Positions 46,942 to 58,488 of a DNA stretch of 64,000 nucleotides are shown piece after piece; position 1 is the stretch's first letter, and each line of letters begins with the position of its first letter. This DNA comes from Nemertoderma westbladi (Eukaryota > Animalia > Xenacoelomorpha). The translations under genes and the position numbers were made by a program. The stretch spans positions 1 through 64,000 of the forward strand of contig JAUCBJ010007821.1 of NCBI GenBank assembly GCA_032718475.1, read 5' to 3'. Under the pieces are notes generated by a model, which saw nothing but the letters and a program-made list of their open reading frames with translations, had not been told where the DNA came from and ran no database searches.

Positions 46942-49485
46942 GTGTTCGGAATGGCGAGTAAGCTGATCAGGAAGAGAAAGGCGGAGTCAGGAGGAAAAGA
47001 AATATTGGTGGATTTCACCGAAAGACACCCAGAGGAGAAGACGAGAGGATACTACGAGAGGTTGAAAAGGGGTCACGCGGCACGAGCGCTGCAGGATCAC
47101 TTCCGGGAGGCGCACGAACAGCGGTTGGTCGGGACCTACGGGACGCCGTCGCTGGACAACGCGATCTTCCAACACTTCCACTACGTGGTGAAGGGAGACG
47201 AGGCGAAGTTCGGGATTCCGAAGTATCCGAGGGAATCGCCGAGGAAGGACTGGAAAAGATTCATAGAGTCCGTCAACAGAGGAGGATATATGATCCTAGA
47301 TGACGAGGGAACCGTGGAAGACGAAGCGGGTTCGAGACGAGGAACGGCAGGGTCGGCCAGGACCATACTCCTGCATTTGGCAGCGCCAAATGGGGACATC
47401 TTCTTATTCGACCTAGGGACGTATGGGAAGAAGGACGGGCCGAAATTAGACCGATTGCCAAAAGCGGTACAAGTCTTAGTAAGAGAGAAGTCGACGACGA
47501 AAGTGGGATCGGCGATTCGCGAGGACGCGGAGAGGATCATCGGTCCGGACGCCACCAACCTCCTGGATATGCAGAAAGTCTTTATGGCTATGACTGCACC
47601 GGATGGATTGGGGGTGGTCGAGAACTCAGGCCAATGCGGGGCGGTGGCGATGGGCCAATTATTGGGGCTCGTATGCCACAAACCGATGGACTGGGGGAAG
47701 TTTAGGGAAGAATACGGAGCAGAACTAGCGAACTCGCTGAAGTGGGGAGCGAGACCGGGAAAGCAGGAGGTATATCAGTTTCGCAGAGGAGCGATAAAGG
47801 TATATCAGAAGCGATATATCCTGCAGGAGGACTGGATGATGATAAGTTTGCTTAACTTATTCATGACCGTAGTTATCGAAAGGGAACCAGGGGCATTTCT
47901 GTTATCGGGATCACCCCTAAGCTACAGGAGAGCCTTTAAAGTGGCCTTTGACGGTCTGGTAGACCACCCGGGGCTGAAGGGCGAGTCGGTGTACTACAAC
48001 AGCCGACATCTGGTAGACGGGGAGACAGATACACCGTATCAGAGATGGGAGCAGCTAGAGGCGGACAGACGAGAAGCAAAGCGACTGGAAGAAGTCGCTA
48101 GACGGGAGAGGATAGAAGCAGAGGAGAGGGAAGAGGAGGCCAGGGCACAGAGTTACGGCTTCGAGGAACAGGCGGGCCTAGACGAACTTCATTGGACTTC
48201 GTCAGGGAGTTCGGGGGAGTCTCTAGGGCGAGAATTGGGATGGACGGTGGGATCGCCGAAACAGTCGACGTCGGGGTTGCAAACGATGCCCATGCCAGCG
48301 GGCGCCGAGGGCGACCAACCGCCAAGGAAGCTAAGGGAGCTAGAGGGATGGAGAGCTACGGGCGAGAGCCAAGGCGGGAAGGGACATAGTGGATCCATCG
48401 GGATACCGGGGTTGGAAACACTACCAGAAGAGGAAGACGGCGACGACGAGTTCGGAGAGATACCGCCCATCGAGAGGATAGGCCACTCGGACACGGACTG
48501 GGTTGGCGGAAGGGTGGTGACAGCCAGTGGGGCAAGGGCCTTCTGGAACAGATCCGGCAAGCGGACCTGGGTGCACGAGGGGCCGGCGATGGATTTCGCG
48601 GGGAGCACCATCAGGTTGGGCGAGCAACCGGGAACGGCACCACGGATAGTATTCGGGGAGACGATGCCCGAAAGGGGCGGAGAGATAGACGTAAACAGGG
48701 AGAGCAACGTAGAGAAGTTCACCTACCAGCGACTCCATAGACCGCGGAGATCGCTTGGGACGAAAGACGAGGTGGGACGGGAGACATTGGTACTCGGCTG
48801 CGACTACTGTGGGAGACAGACCCATCGGGAAAGCAGCTGCCTATACCGGTTCCAACGGGGAACCTTTTGTCTCTATTGTAGAGAACCAAGTCACAGGATG
48901 GGGGCGTGTCCACGGTTGCATAACCGATGTCCAAAGTGCCACTTTCGGGGACACTACGGACGCGAGTGCGACTGGATGAGCGACGAGGAGAAGTTCACGA
49001 GGTTCGAGGAGTGGGCCGACGTCGGGGCCATGACGCGCCAGCGCATGAAGGCCCAAGAGTTCAAGTGGGGTTTCTTCCTCATAAACCAGGAGACCCACAT
49101 GGAAATCATAAAGCGAAGGTTACCGTTTACCTATCAAGAGGTAGCTACGGCGGCATCGTTCGCCGGAGTTATGAACACGCAACGGTACCTGGACAGGTGG
49201 ACACCAGAGAACCGGAGGGAGTTTAGGGATTTCTTGGCGGAACACGTACCAAAGGCAATGAAAATGATCCTATGGGACGCCACACGAGGGAGACAACCAG
49301 GCCATTCTGAGGGGCCACCGGCGAAGCGGTATCGGGCTTTAATAACACCAGCGCCCAAGGAGCCGACGACCGGGATCAGCAAGGAAGTGGCAGCGAAGGT
49401 CCGGAAGCAGAAAGCGGATGATGCCAGAGGAGCGGTGATAACCAAGAAACGGGCCAGGGAAGAGGACGTGAGGAGGAACAGATAA
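46942..49485 (+). CDS. Putative DEDDy 3'-5' exonuclease (WRN/Mut-7/EXD-like) with three CCHC zinc knuckles (first ATG 46951)
   Basis: ExoI-like MILDDEG; LLHLAAPNGDIFLFDL; LPKAVQVLVREKSTTKVGSAIREDAERI (ExoII-like); LLDMQ; ExoIII-like QKRYILQED. Knuckles CDYCGRQTHRESSC, CLYCREPSHRMGAC, CPKCHFRGHYGREC. Confidence 0.75.
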   Translation: MFGMASKLIRKRKAESGGKEILVDFTERHPEEKTRGYYERLKRGHAARALQDHFREAHEQRLVGTYGTPSLDNAIFQHFHYVVKGDEAKFGIPKYPRESPRKDWKRFIESVNRGGYMILDDEGTVEDEAGSRRGTAGSARTILLHLAAPNGDIFLFDLGTYGKKDGPKLDRLPKAVQVLVREKSTTKVGSAIREDAERIIGPDATNLLDMQKVFMAMTAPDGLGVVENSGQCGAVAMGQLLGLVCHKPMDWGKFREEYGAELANSLKWGARPGKQEVYQFRRGAIKVYQKRYILQEDWMMISLLNLFMTVVIEREPGAFLLSGSPLSYRRAFKVAFDGLVDHPGLKGESVYYNSRHLVDGETDTPYQRWEQLEADRREAKRLEEVARRERIEAEEREEEARAQSYGFEEQAGLDELHWTSSGSSGESLGRELGWTVGSPKQSTSGLQTMPMPAGAEGDQPPRKLRELEGWRATGESQGGKGHSGSIGIPGLETLPEEEDGDDEFGEIPPIERIGHSDTDWVGGRVVTASGARAFWNRSGKRTWVHEGPAMDFAGSTIRLGEQPGTAPRIVFGETMPERGGEIDVNRESNVEKFTYQRLHRPRRSLGTKDEVGRETLVLGCDYCGRQTHRESSCLYRFQRGTFCLYCREPSHRMGACPRLHNRCPKCHFRGHYGRECDWMSDEEKFTRFEEWADVGAMTRQRMKAQEFKWGFFLINQETHMEIIKRRLPFTYQEVATAASFAGVMNTQRYLDRWTPENRREFRDFLAEHVPKAMKMILWDATRGRQPGHSEGPPAKRYRALITPAPKEPTTGISKEVAAKVRKQKADDARGAVITKKRAREEDVRRNR

Positions 49486-50195
49486 GTTCCCGGAGACGAG
49501 GGAATGAGACTGAGACTGGGAAGTGGTGCGCCTGGAAGGCGCCGCATGTAACGTACGAACTATTAAGTATAAATTTAATTAATGCAAATAACTATATAAG
49601 TGCAATTTGTATGTACGTACGTAGTGATTAGCAGTAAAATACATACGTTTGGAGTAAGTACTATAGTCATACAACCTTTCTCAATTAGCTACTGGGACTG
49701 GGGGACAATTGACTATGGCACTATGGACGAGACAACTGACAATTTCACGCTTCTTGAGTGCGACGGCACGAGAGGGGGGGGAGGTTCGTCAGGAGAGATA
49801 AAACAGTCAAAGTGGAGGTTGAGAATCGGAAGTGAAGAGTGCGAAGTGCGGAGAGAGTGCGAACGCAATTCTAGTGTGGGGGGGGGAGAATAAGAGGCTG
49901 AGTGAGGGACGAGGAGGTCCGGGGGTATGAGAGAGTTAGGGTGAGAGTGAAGGTGAGATAGGGCGAAAATGTTGGGGAAACAAAAATCGCGTGAAGAGGT
50001 GAGCGCGATCGGCCCGACATGAGACGCCAGGCACACAGGGTAGCGTTATCATACCCATAGGGGGCGGCCTGGAAAGCCGGCTCCTAGAGAAAAGAATTCC
50101 ACCCCACACCCGATACTAGATCGGGATCCAGCGGGATTGTAACGCACTTTTTGGTTGATGCTATCTTCTTACCGGGAAGATAGCATGGGGGGGAG

Positions 50196-50733
50196 TGTTA
50201 GCTTATTCAATCCCGCCAACACCCCATAAAGTTGTAAGCCGATAAGCAATATTGGGAGCCACGAGATTGGGCAATTAACCAACTCGTGCCATCCCAATAA
50301 GAGTGGGAAGGAAGCACACAATAGAGGGTCAGGGGCCAAACCCCTAACCCAAGGAGAACAGGTGGAGTGAACGGGAATACTCCACGGGGCGCCAACAAGG
50401 GTATTAACCAATCAGAGGGGGGAATGGCATCGATTGAGTAGCAGTAAGGCCACCGTGCAATATAACCAATAACCTATTAATCAGTGATTCAGTTATCTCA
50501 GTGCAGCAGTGCTAGCGTAGGGTACAGCCAATTAGTTTAGTTAGGGGATCACGGGACTTTAGTTACCGTATCCCGCCTACCGTATAATTCACAATATATC
50601 TATATCCTATAACCTATTATTATACACCGAACTTCAGAACTCAGTTATCTTTATTTCACTCTTATACACGGCGGGGACGCGTGGACTAAATACCACATCG
50701 GATAAATCGGGATCCCTCCTGGATCCCGTCACA
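50196..50733 (+). repeat. 3' LTR of element 2
   Basis: TGTTAGC...CGTCACA followed by the TSD. Confidence 0.96.
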
Positions 50734-50738
50734 ACCCA

Positions 50739-50900
50739 GATGCCTAAAGTCTTTCTTTTTTGATAACTCTTCAATTATCCTTCTAAGTGCCAAAATGGGC
50801 TCCATGGTCCCACGACCTTTCACGGAACCCATTCTGATTTCCATGGAGCAGTCTCTCAATGGGATCCCTGATGCGATTTAATAAAAATGCTATTTATTCC
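50739..50900 (-). pseudogene. RTE-clade RT remnant (5' part), continuous with 37930-38976
   Basis: NQNGFR..GRGTMEPILALRRIIEELSKKKDFRHLG joins VIFVDF across the TSD. Confidence 0.85.
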
Positions 50901-51810
50901 ATTGACAATGACTAGGACCATTTTCTCCAATGCCTGCCCAGAATTGTAGAGTGACAGAGCAGGGGGTATCGTTGAACATATGTTACCAGTGAAATTAAAA
51001 ACAAAGCTTCCAAATCATAATTTTCGTCATCCCTGAAGCGCCATATATTTGAAACTGATTGATTTTACATGTTATCTACCCAGCCCCCCTCCCCTCCCCA
51101 TTAGTTGAGTTAGTCCACTGTCGTTACTGTTGGTGTTATTATAGCTGTCGTTTTCTCCTCTCCGTGTTTATTACATTTTTAAAATTCATCATGGCGCATA
51201 ATAATACAGTATATAATGTAGTAAATAGACCTCGTTAACTTCCTCTAGCAATAAAATAAAAATAAATATTTTATACAAAACATTGCCGCCAGAAACTTCT
51301 TGTTATAACTTACCGCCACTAGCTTAATCTCTTATCTTAACTCTTATCAACACTTAGCTTAACTTATCCTCATATGCAGCTCAGTGTTTTCCAACCATTA
51401 TGAACTCTACTAGTCAATCCCGTCTTGGAATTTACTTTTATTTTTCTTGTTTTCCATGTGAATTTGGATAAAGTTTCTAGTAGTAGCTGTATTTATAGTT
51501 AAAATCTAATCTATGGTGGTTCTCGTGTCTCGATGTAATTATTCTATTGTAACTTTTTTATGACAATATATGGACCGGGCCTATATCCCCGAGATAAGAG
51601 ATAAGAACCAGTTGACAAAGTGATTAATTAAGCGTTCAGATAGCTGATAAGCTGACATAATGTAAACTACAGTAAATTACATATATGTACATAATTGTAT
51701 GAAAAGTTGTTCCCGTTCAGGGTTAATGATCCGTGTTTATTTATGTAAATATTTACATTGTAAAGAGTTATTGAATTAATTAAATAAAGTTAGATTTCTT
51801 AAACATTACA

Positions 51811-54228
51811 ATGTTGCCTAGATGTGTGCAATGCTCATCAGTGAGACAGGCCCATCATTTGAAGATATGTCTAGCTGGTTTCATACTCCTTGTGCCTTTC
51901 GTGGTATATTTCACGACAGAAGTCAAAAACAATGATAATATTTATGATTCCTTACCACTGAATCTGCATCCCTGGAAGAAGGTATTAAACACCACCAAGC
52001 AATTACGTGATGTCTTAGACAGCACATGGATGAATGACTTACATCCTGACAAACTGTTTCCTGTAGACTTAGTCTACACCTGGGTGAATGGTTCAGACCC
52101 TGAAATGTTAGTAGAATTGGAGAAAGTCCAAAGGGAATTGGAATGGGAGATGAACATGGAAGGGAGGGTGAGGAGTGACCAATCCCACCCCGACGATCGC
52201 ACAAGTTCCAGCCGTTTCTATGACAACGAGGAGTTGCGATACTCCCTACGTTCTGTTGACCTGTATGCCCCGTGGCTTCAACACATTTACATCGTGACCA
52301 ATGGGCAAATCCCATACTGGTTGAACCTTAGCAATCCCCGGGTTACCATAGTAACTCACAATGAGATATTTGCTAACAAGTCGAATCTTCCCACCTTCGG
52401 TTCCCCCGCCATAGAGTCTCAACTTCATCGCATTCCAGGTCTCTCCGAGAACTTCCTCTACCTCAATGATGATTTTATGTTTGGTGCGCCAATCTGGCCC
52501 TCAGACTTTATCACACGCACCAATGGACCGCGTATCTACAAGACGAATTGGGCCGCCTCTGGAAAAAAAAACAACTTGCCATTCGGCAATTACGGCAATA
52601 CTGTGACTTATGTGAATGAATTATATAACAAAATGTTCGGGCGCAGGACCCGGTATATGATATCCCATATACCGTTATTTCTCAATAAACTAATTATAGA
52701 GGAATTACATGAAATCTTTCATGAAGAATTCATTAAAACAGCTTCCCATAAACTACGTCACGATGAAGATATGCAATTTGCCTTCTCCTACTTCAACTAT
52801 CTGATGGATGCCAAAGTGGAACTTGATTTTAGCCAAGTTTTTGATAATCTCGACACAGACGACTCCGGGGTGCTATCCAACAGAGAGTTGAGAGTGCTCA
52901 CAAGCAGGCTTTACCCAATACCGCTATCAAACTCCAGTTTAATTGAAATGGAGAATTTCATATCCGACTGCATTGAAAGTAACACAGAGAAATCGCTGCA
53001 GTTAGACAAGGACAACAACTCAACCAGCCGAACAGTATCTAGAGAAATCTTCCTTTCATGTAAACCTCTCCTGTTGATGATAAATAAATCCTCTATCTAC
53101 AGCAGTCGCAATAAATATCAGTTCGAAACCATGCAGGTCTCCACAAAATTTGGAAACCCGGAAACTAGGTTTCCGTAAGATTCTGATAAATTTCGAAGAT
53201 TTTTGAGATTTTCACTCCCTAAACACCTCAGATTAAAGGGAAAGAGAATTTAGTACTGTACGTACAGTACAATTTAAACCATCAAAAGTAGATCGAATTT
53301 ATAAGAATTTATAAAGTCAAACAATATACTCCAAATTTCTGAATTTCATGTCAATATATGGCCCTGTGAATTAAAAATGCTTCTGAATATAATTTATTTC
53401 CACACAAAAACTGATTTTCTGTATCTTGTTTTTATAATTTTGCTGAATAAAATTGCTTCGGAATATAATTTAGTTCCACAAAAAACTTACCGGTACTACA
53501 CTACTACAACTACCAGGTTATATTATTTTCTGTTAGATCATTTACTTTCAGTTTGGATCCGGTAGAAACTATCTGACTTTTATGCGCTAGTGCTACTATC
53601 AGATTGACTGAAGCCATACTACTGTCCTACTAACTAAACAGCCTGTGATCAGTTGTTAAATTATTCGTGAATTCCATCCATACTAACTAACTGTAAATAG
53701 AAAACTTGGTACAATTACAGAATTAACATCGAACTTGAGAACTTGCAGTCAAATTATTATTTGGATTCTTTTATTTTAAGCCAGAAAGCCTATGTATCTA
53801 ATTAGAATAACACTCAAATTGGTATAAATTAATAACTTAAGAATTAAAATCAGCTTAAGTGCTGCAGCCCTACTCAACCATCCCCAAATATTGCTCACTT
53901 TCACACTTAATCCAGTTGGGACACTGGAATCAATTAATTCAAAATTCGAGATTTTCGATGAAAAATTGTGGTTTCCGGAAGGTTTCAAATTTTCTGGAAG
54001 CTTGAAGCCATGTCAATCTTCCATGAGCAATATGTGTACATAACAAACAGCGTTTCCGAAACAATTAAACAGATGGATGAATACCGTCGCCACACTAAGA
54101 AGTTTATTTGTATTAATGATGGCGTCGATCAAAACAAACCCAATGCCCACATTGTTAAGGGAATCGTGAGGGAACTCTTGGAGACTCTATACCCAAAACC
54201 GTCCCAGTTTGAACTGTTGCAACACTAG
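51811..54228 (+). CDS. GNPTAB-like: Stealth-family GlcNAc-1-phosphotransferase (GNPTAB-like); coding segments 51811-53133 and 54013-54228
   Basis: N-terminal TM, CR1 [15 protein letters not shown]2 [26 protein letters not shown]3 [14 protein letters not shown]-hand [15 protein letters not shown]4 KFICIND..PSQFE. Confidence 0.9.
53134..54004. mobile_element. hAT-like MITE inside the Stealth gene
   Basis: 8-bp TSD AAACCATG / AAGCCATG; imperfect TIR CAGGTCTCCACAAAATTTG / CAAGCTTCCAGAAAATTTG; subterminal GGAAAC/GTTTCC motifs. Removal restores the frame. Confidence 0.8.
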
Positions 54229-54597
54229 GAAATGCAAATGGAAATTGGTTTGCGGCATTCGACCGGAACGTGCTGCTAATATTGGCCAGATCAACCTGGC
54301 CTAAACTATACAACATACTTCGGCACTGTGATATGGGATTGTAATATAAATATTTTACTGGGTACCAGGTACTTTATTTTATTTAGAATATATTTTACAT
54401 TTGGTGCAATAATGTTTAAAATAGCTTCAGTTGGTAAAATTATTGCATATTATATATTACTTTTCGGTTAAATATTTAATAATACATTTATTTTTAGTAG
54501 GCCCGTATCTTATTGGCAGTGCCATATTAGATTAGGATATCAAATGGACATTTAATCTGTATTCCGTTTCTGTAATTCCGTCTCTGCTACTGACCGG

Positions 54598-55130
54598 TGT
54601 ACAAGGCTGAGATAACTCCCTCTTGAAATGACTCCCCAGTCAGAACACTCCTCAGTCGTCTCACCCTAGGCTCAGAACACTCCACAGTCGTCTCACCCTA
54701 GGCTCAGAACACCCCCCAGTCATCTCAGCCTAGGCTGGGAACACTCCCCAGTCCAGCCTAGGCTGAGAACACTCCCCAGTCATCTCAGCCTAGGCTGAGA
54801 ACACTCCCCAGTTCTTTCAGCCTAGGCTGAGAACACTCCCCAGTTATCTCAGCCTAGGCTGAGAACACTCCCCTTAGGCTGATATGACTCCCCTAATTGA
54901 GTTATAATTCATATCCATCCATACCTGTGTTATTTTCGAATATTGCAAAAATAAACTGTAACCTATGTTATTGAGTTTTCGTTTATTGTTTTGGTTAGAA
55001 AAGCCCGCCACTGTAACCTGCTCCTTTCCGTTAATTATAAAATCTAAGGAGAAAACTGGGGAGTGTTCTCAGCCTAGTCTGAGAAGACTGGGGAGTGATA
55101 TTTGCTGGGGAGTAATCTCAGCCTGTTACA
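54598..55130. mobile_element. Ginger-like MITE
   Basis: TGT...ACA ends, ~23-bp TIR, 4-bp TSD CCGG, internal ~31-bp repeats with palindrome CTCAGCCTAGGCTGAG. It sits in the left end of another TIR element ending near 55373. Confidence 0.75.
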
Positions 55131-55416
55131 CCGGACCAATTGCATGATTGACCGGACCACCCATTGCCATTTAAAGGAGCACGTTACAGAGGCGTGTTCC
55201 GCGTTGGGGGAAGCAAAAGAATAAACTAAAGTTAATACATGTTACAAGATTATGCAGATTACGTAATTGTGGTAATAATGGTCCGGTCAATAATACACAA
55301 CTAAAATATAAATCAAATATAAAGCTTCAATACGGTATTTAGAGGCTCCGGTCAATGGGTCCGGTCAGTAACCACTTCCTAATTATTTTGTACATGTCTC
55401 CAATGTGGTTGAAAAA

Positions 55417-55759
55417 GGTTGGGCGCTATCTTCGCCCGCGTACATCCTTCGCCCGCAAGGCAATCTTCGCCCGCGAGCAACCTTCGCCCAATTTGTGTTA
55501 GTAACCATTTTAGTAACAAATTGAGGGAAGGAGACGGCCTTTTCTAACCAAAACAATAAACGATGGTGTTACTAATTGAGGGAAAGGAGCAGGTTACAGA
55601 GACGGCTTTTTCTATCCAAAACAATAATTGTTTATTGGGCGAAGATTCCTGCGGGTGAAGGTTTCCGCCAGGCGATAGTTGCTCATTTTGAGGGCGAAGA
55701 TTGCCGGGCAACATTGGATGCGGGCGAAGCATTCTCGCGTGCAAAGTTTGCTGCGTACC
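55417..55759. mobile_element. Mutator/Merlin-like MITE
   Basis: 9-bp TSD GTTGAAAAA (55408-55416, 55760-55768), GG...CC ends, inverted arrays of CTTCGCCCGC / GCGGGCGAAG. Confidence 0.75.
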
Positions 55760-55997
55760 GTTGAAAAAACGATATACCATCAAAAAGAGAATCATCAAAA
55801 ATACATAGAAAATTGGCACCCCCTATCACCCCCCCCCCCCCCCCCCCTTGAGGTAAAATTTTCCAATTGTTGTTTCTTTATTTCACCTAGAGCAGAATTT
55901 AATGAGGATTACAAATCTGAAAACCGCTTAGTGGGATCTCTTTCAGTGCTCGAGGAGTTATCACTGTTTTTCCGTATGACGGTCTGTCCGTCAAATT

Positions 55998-56633
55998 TGT
56001 AAGCGGATTCAATTCCATGCATTACCCACCGAAAATGGGATTAGTGGCATTTTACCAATATAGTTGGTGACATTACCAATAATAATGTCACCTCATAACC
56101 AACTGGGGCGATACACGCCGTAAGCCACAGAGAAAGTTGAGAGGTCAAACCACCTCAGAGAGACAAACAAGTTAGTAAGGCTAGCTTGTAGGAACAGTGG
56201 CAATAGGGAGTGGCGAGGTGACAATTAATCAGGTTAAGCCAATGGTGGGCGGGAAAGCACATTGGTGGTGATTAGAGCGCATCTATTGGATATCCAGGCC
56301 ACTCAGTGGCGTAGGGGTAATTTAATATGTGTCAATGATATAAGCGTTGTGATTATTGATTATTAGTTTAGTTGGTTCCTTACAGTTGTGAGACCGGAAT
56401 AGTTTTAACCGTCGTTACTAACCGTTGTATTGCATGCTATTATATTCAGACTGTGCTATTATCGTTTACTGTGATTATTAATACTGACAACCAAACTCAG
56501 TTATTTTGAACGGCCTTTGGCCTACTATACTGTATATGCAGGCGACAGCTCAGCAGCCCACGGACGCGGCGGCGCGTATAATTCACACACCGGTCGGGAT
56601 CCGATACTGCCAACTCTGTTGGTTACCGTCACA
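55998..56633 (+). mobile_element. Solo LTR (636 bp)
   Basis: TGT...ACA, 5-bp TSD AAATT; homologous to the minus-strand LTR at 29766-30989. Confidence 0.9.
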
Positions 56634-57699
56634 AAATTGTAAGAAAGACCGAAGACCGACAGACAGACAAATAGACTAGATTCTGACATCGGAAATGGAA
56701 TCAGCGACCCCGAAAACCCCCGTAATGAACCCAATTTTGGCGGGACGGTTTAAACTTTAAAGGGCATTTTCTCGGAATGACATTTTTCATTTTCAAATTA
56801 CTACTCCTCCGTCATTTTTCAACCAATTTTCCTTCTTTTATGGCTCATTCGAACGAGCTTTGGAAGCTCTTTAAAAGTTATCTTATGGAATTTTGATAAA
56901 TACATGTACTGTATTACCATTTTTTATAATTAGCCAATTTTAATTAAAAATATGATAATTAATTAATTAAATTAATTAATTAAAATAACAATGGCTAATT
57001 AAAAATTATATAAGATAACTTTTGTAGGGACGATCACGCTGAGTCCAAAAAAGTTGGTTTTAAGAAATTTGGACCAAAATTGAGGGACTCTTAGCAATTT
57101 TAGTGAAATCTTTAACTCCGCCGCCAGCCGCTAGGGGGATGCTACAAATTTTCAAATTTTACTATAAAGGCTATTTGGCCTTCCATACAGTGGTTTACCA
57201 TGTATGACCATTTTAAAAAAAGGTTCATGGTGGGTAAACCCCCCACCCCCCCCCCCCCCCCACCCCCCTTAACTAAATCACTAGCTATCATAACATAATA
57301 ATAACTGACAATAAGCGATGTTGATAAATGATTTTTAACTATTCGTTCTATAACATAAATTTTATAAAATGTTCTAGAATATACCTTTACTCATTGTTAC
57401 TATGACAACAATGCCGTGTTCTAGAACGCCATATATATTATATATTTATATTTTCTATTATGAGAGTAGCCTGAAAAAATAGCTAGTAACAAGCGCGAAA
57501 TCGCGCAAAGGTCCGCGTTTACTAACGTATGAACTGTCTCCTTGAATGGCTTACTACCAATCTTACAACAACAAAAACAGTCATCGGAATGGGGGATTGA
57601 ACTCGGTACCTAGAGATCCCAAGTTCCACGCTCTTGTTGCTGTCGGGTGCGTAACTGGAAATAATTAGGTACCGTGATCCATTACTCAGTCCACCTTGA

Positions 57700-57920
57700 A
57701 TTCCAAGAATTCCATATCTTGTCGCTTATGCTATACACACAGTGGAAGTTGGGATTTGGTATTTTGGATTTGGTTGTGATTTGGTAGACGGGAGCGGGAT
57801 TCTAATGTATCGAGCCAGTGCTCTTGAATACCAACGAAGTCGTGTGTCGAGTACGCTTGAAATGTATTCAATGTTAGAGGAAATACCATGGGTGATTATA
57901 AGCGTATTTACTGAGAAATC
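57700..57920 (-). pseudogene. Possible LINE AP-endonuclease N-terminal remnant
   Basis: With frameshifts it reads YN.HGISSNIEYISSVL..HDFVGIQEHWL, resembling APE motifs I-II. Confidence 0.4.
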
Positions 57921-58488
57921 AGAAAATGTACATTTATGTTAATGTCTAGAATATTGGAACCTAGGTTACGTCCCTCCCTCCCACTTTTCAGGGTCACCAT
58001 ATCATATTTCCCGGCACTTTGTAGGCCTATACTAAAACTCGTGACTAAAACTCTCGAAATATTTCTCACAGCCCAGCTGCATAATTTCCAAAAACCCTAC
58101 TGTTTCTTCACTGACAGGCAATACGTAATGTGTATTTCCTAATTCTTAGCACTGAGTTCTTTACCAAGGTCACCACTGATTGGTTCTTAAATAAGATTTA
58201 CTTGTATTACCAGTGTCGGAAAAATCAGCATGCTGCATTGCAGTGTCATTAAGAATGCTATGTCGGCTTATCGACAAAAGTTTAATATATATATTAACAT
58301 ACAATACAACCCTTGAATTAGTATAAATTGTGATTTTTAATTTGAATTAAGTAAAACATGAGTTGACTTAAGTTACATGCAATTAGCGATCAGCTGACGG
58401 CAAACAGCTGGTCGGAAGGTTTTATTCCGCATCTGGAGGCATTCGCAAGAGAACAAGCCAGAAAACGGGAGAAGGAAAGGGTGCAGTC

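Larger units (their letters stand above)
38982..50733 (+). mobile_element. Non-autonomous BEL/Pao LTR retrotransposon (element 2) with an extra exonuclease ORF
   Basis: TG...CA, TSD ACCCA (38977-38981, 50734-50738), 538-bp LTRs, G-rich PPT at 50187-50195. Confidence 0.95.

Noticed and set aside
55770-57270. Helitron/HINE-like repeat flanking the solo LTR (GACA microsatellite, GGAATCAGCGACCCC motif)
   Set aside because: Suggestive only; I could not define termini, so it is not called as a feature.
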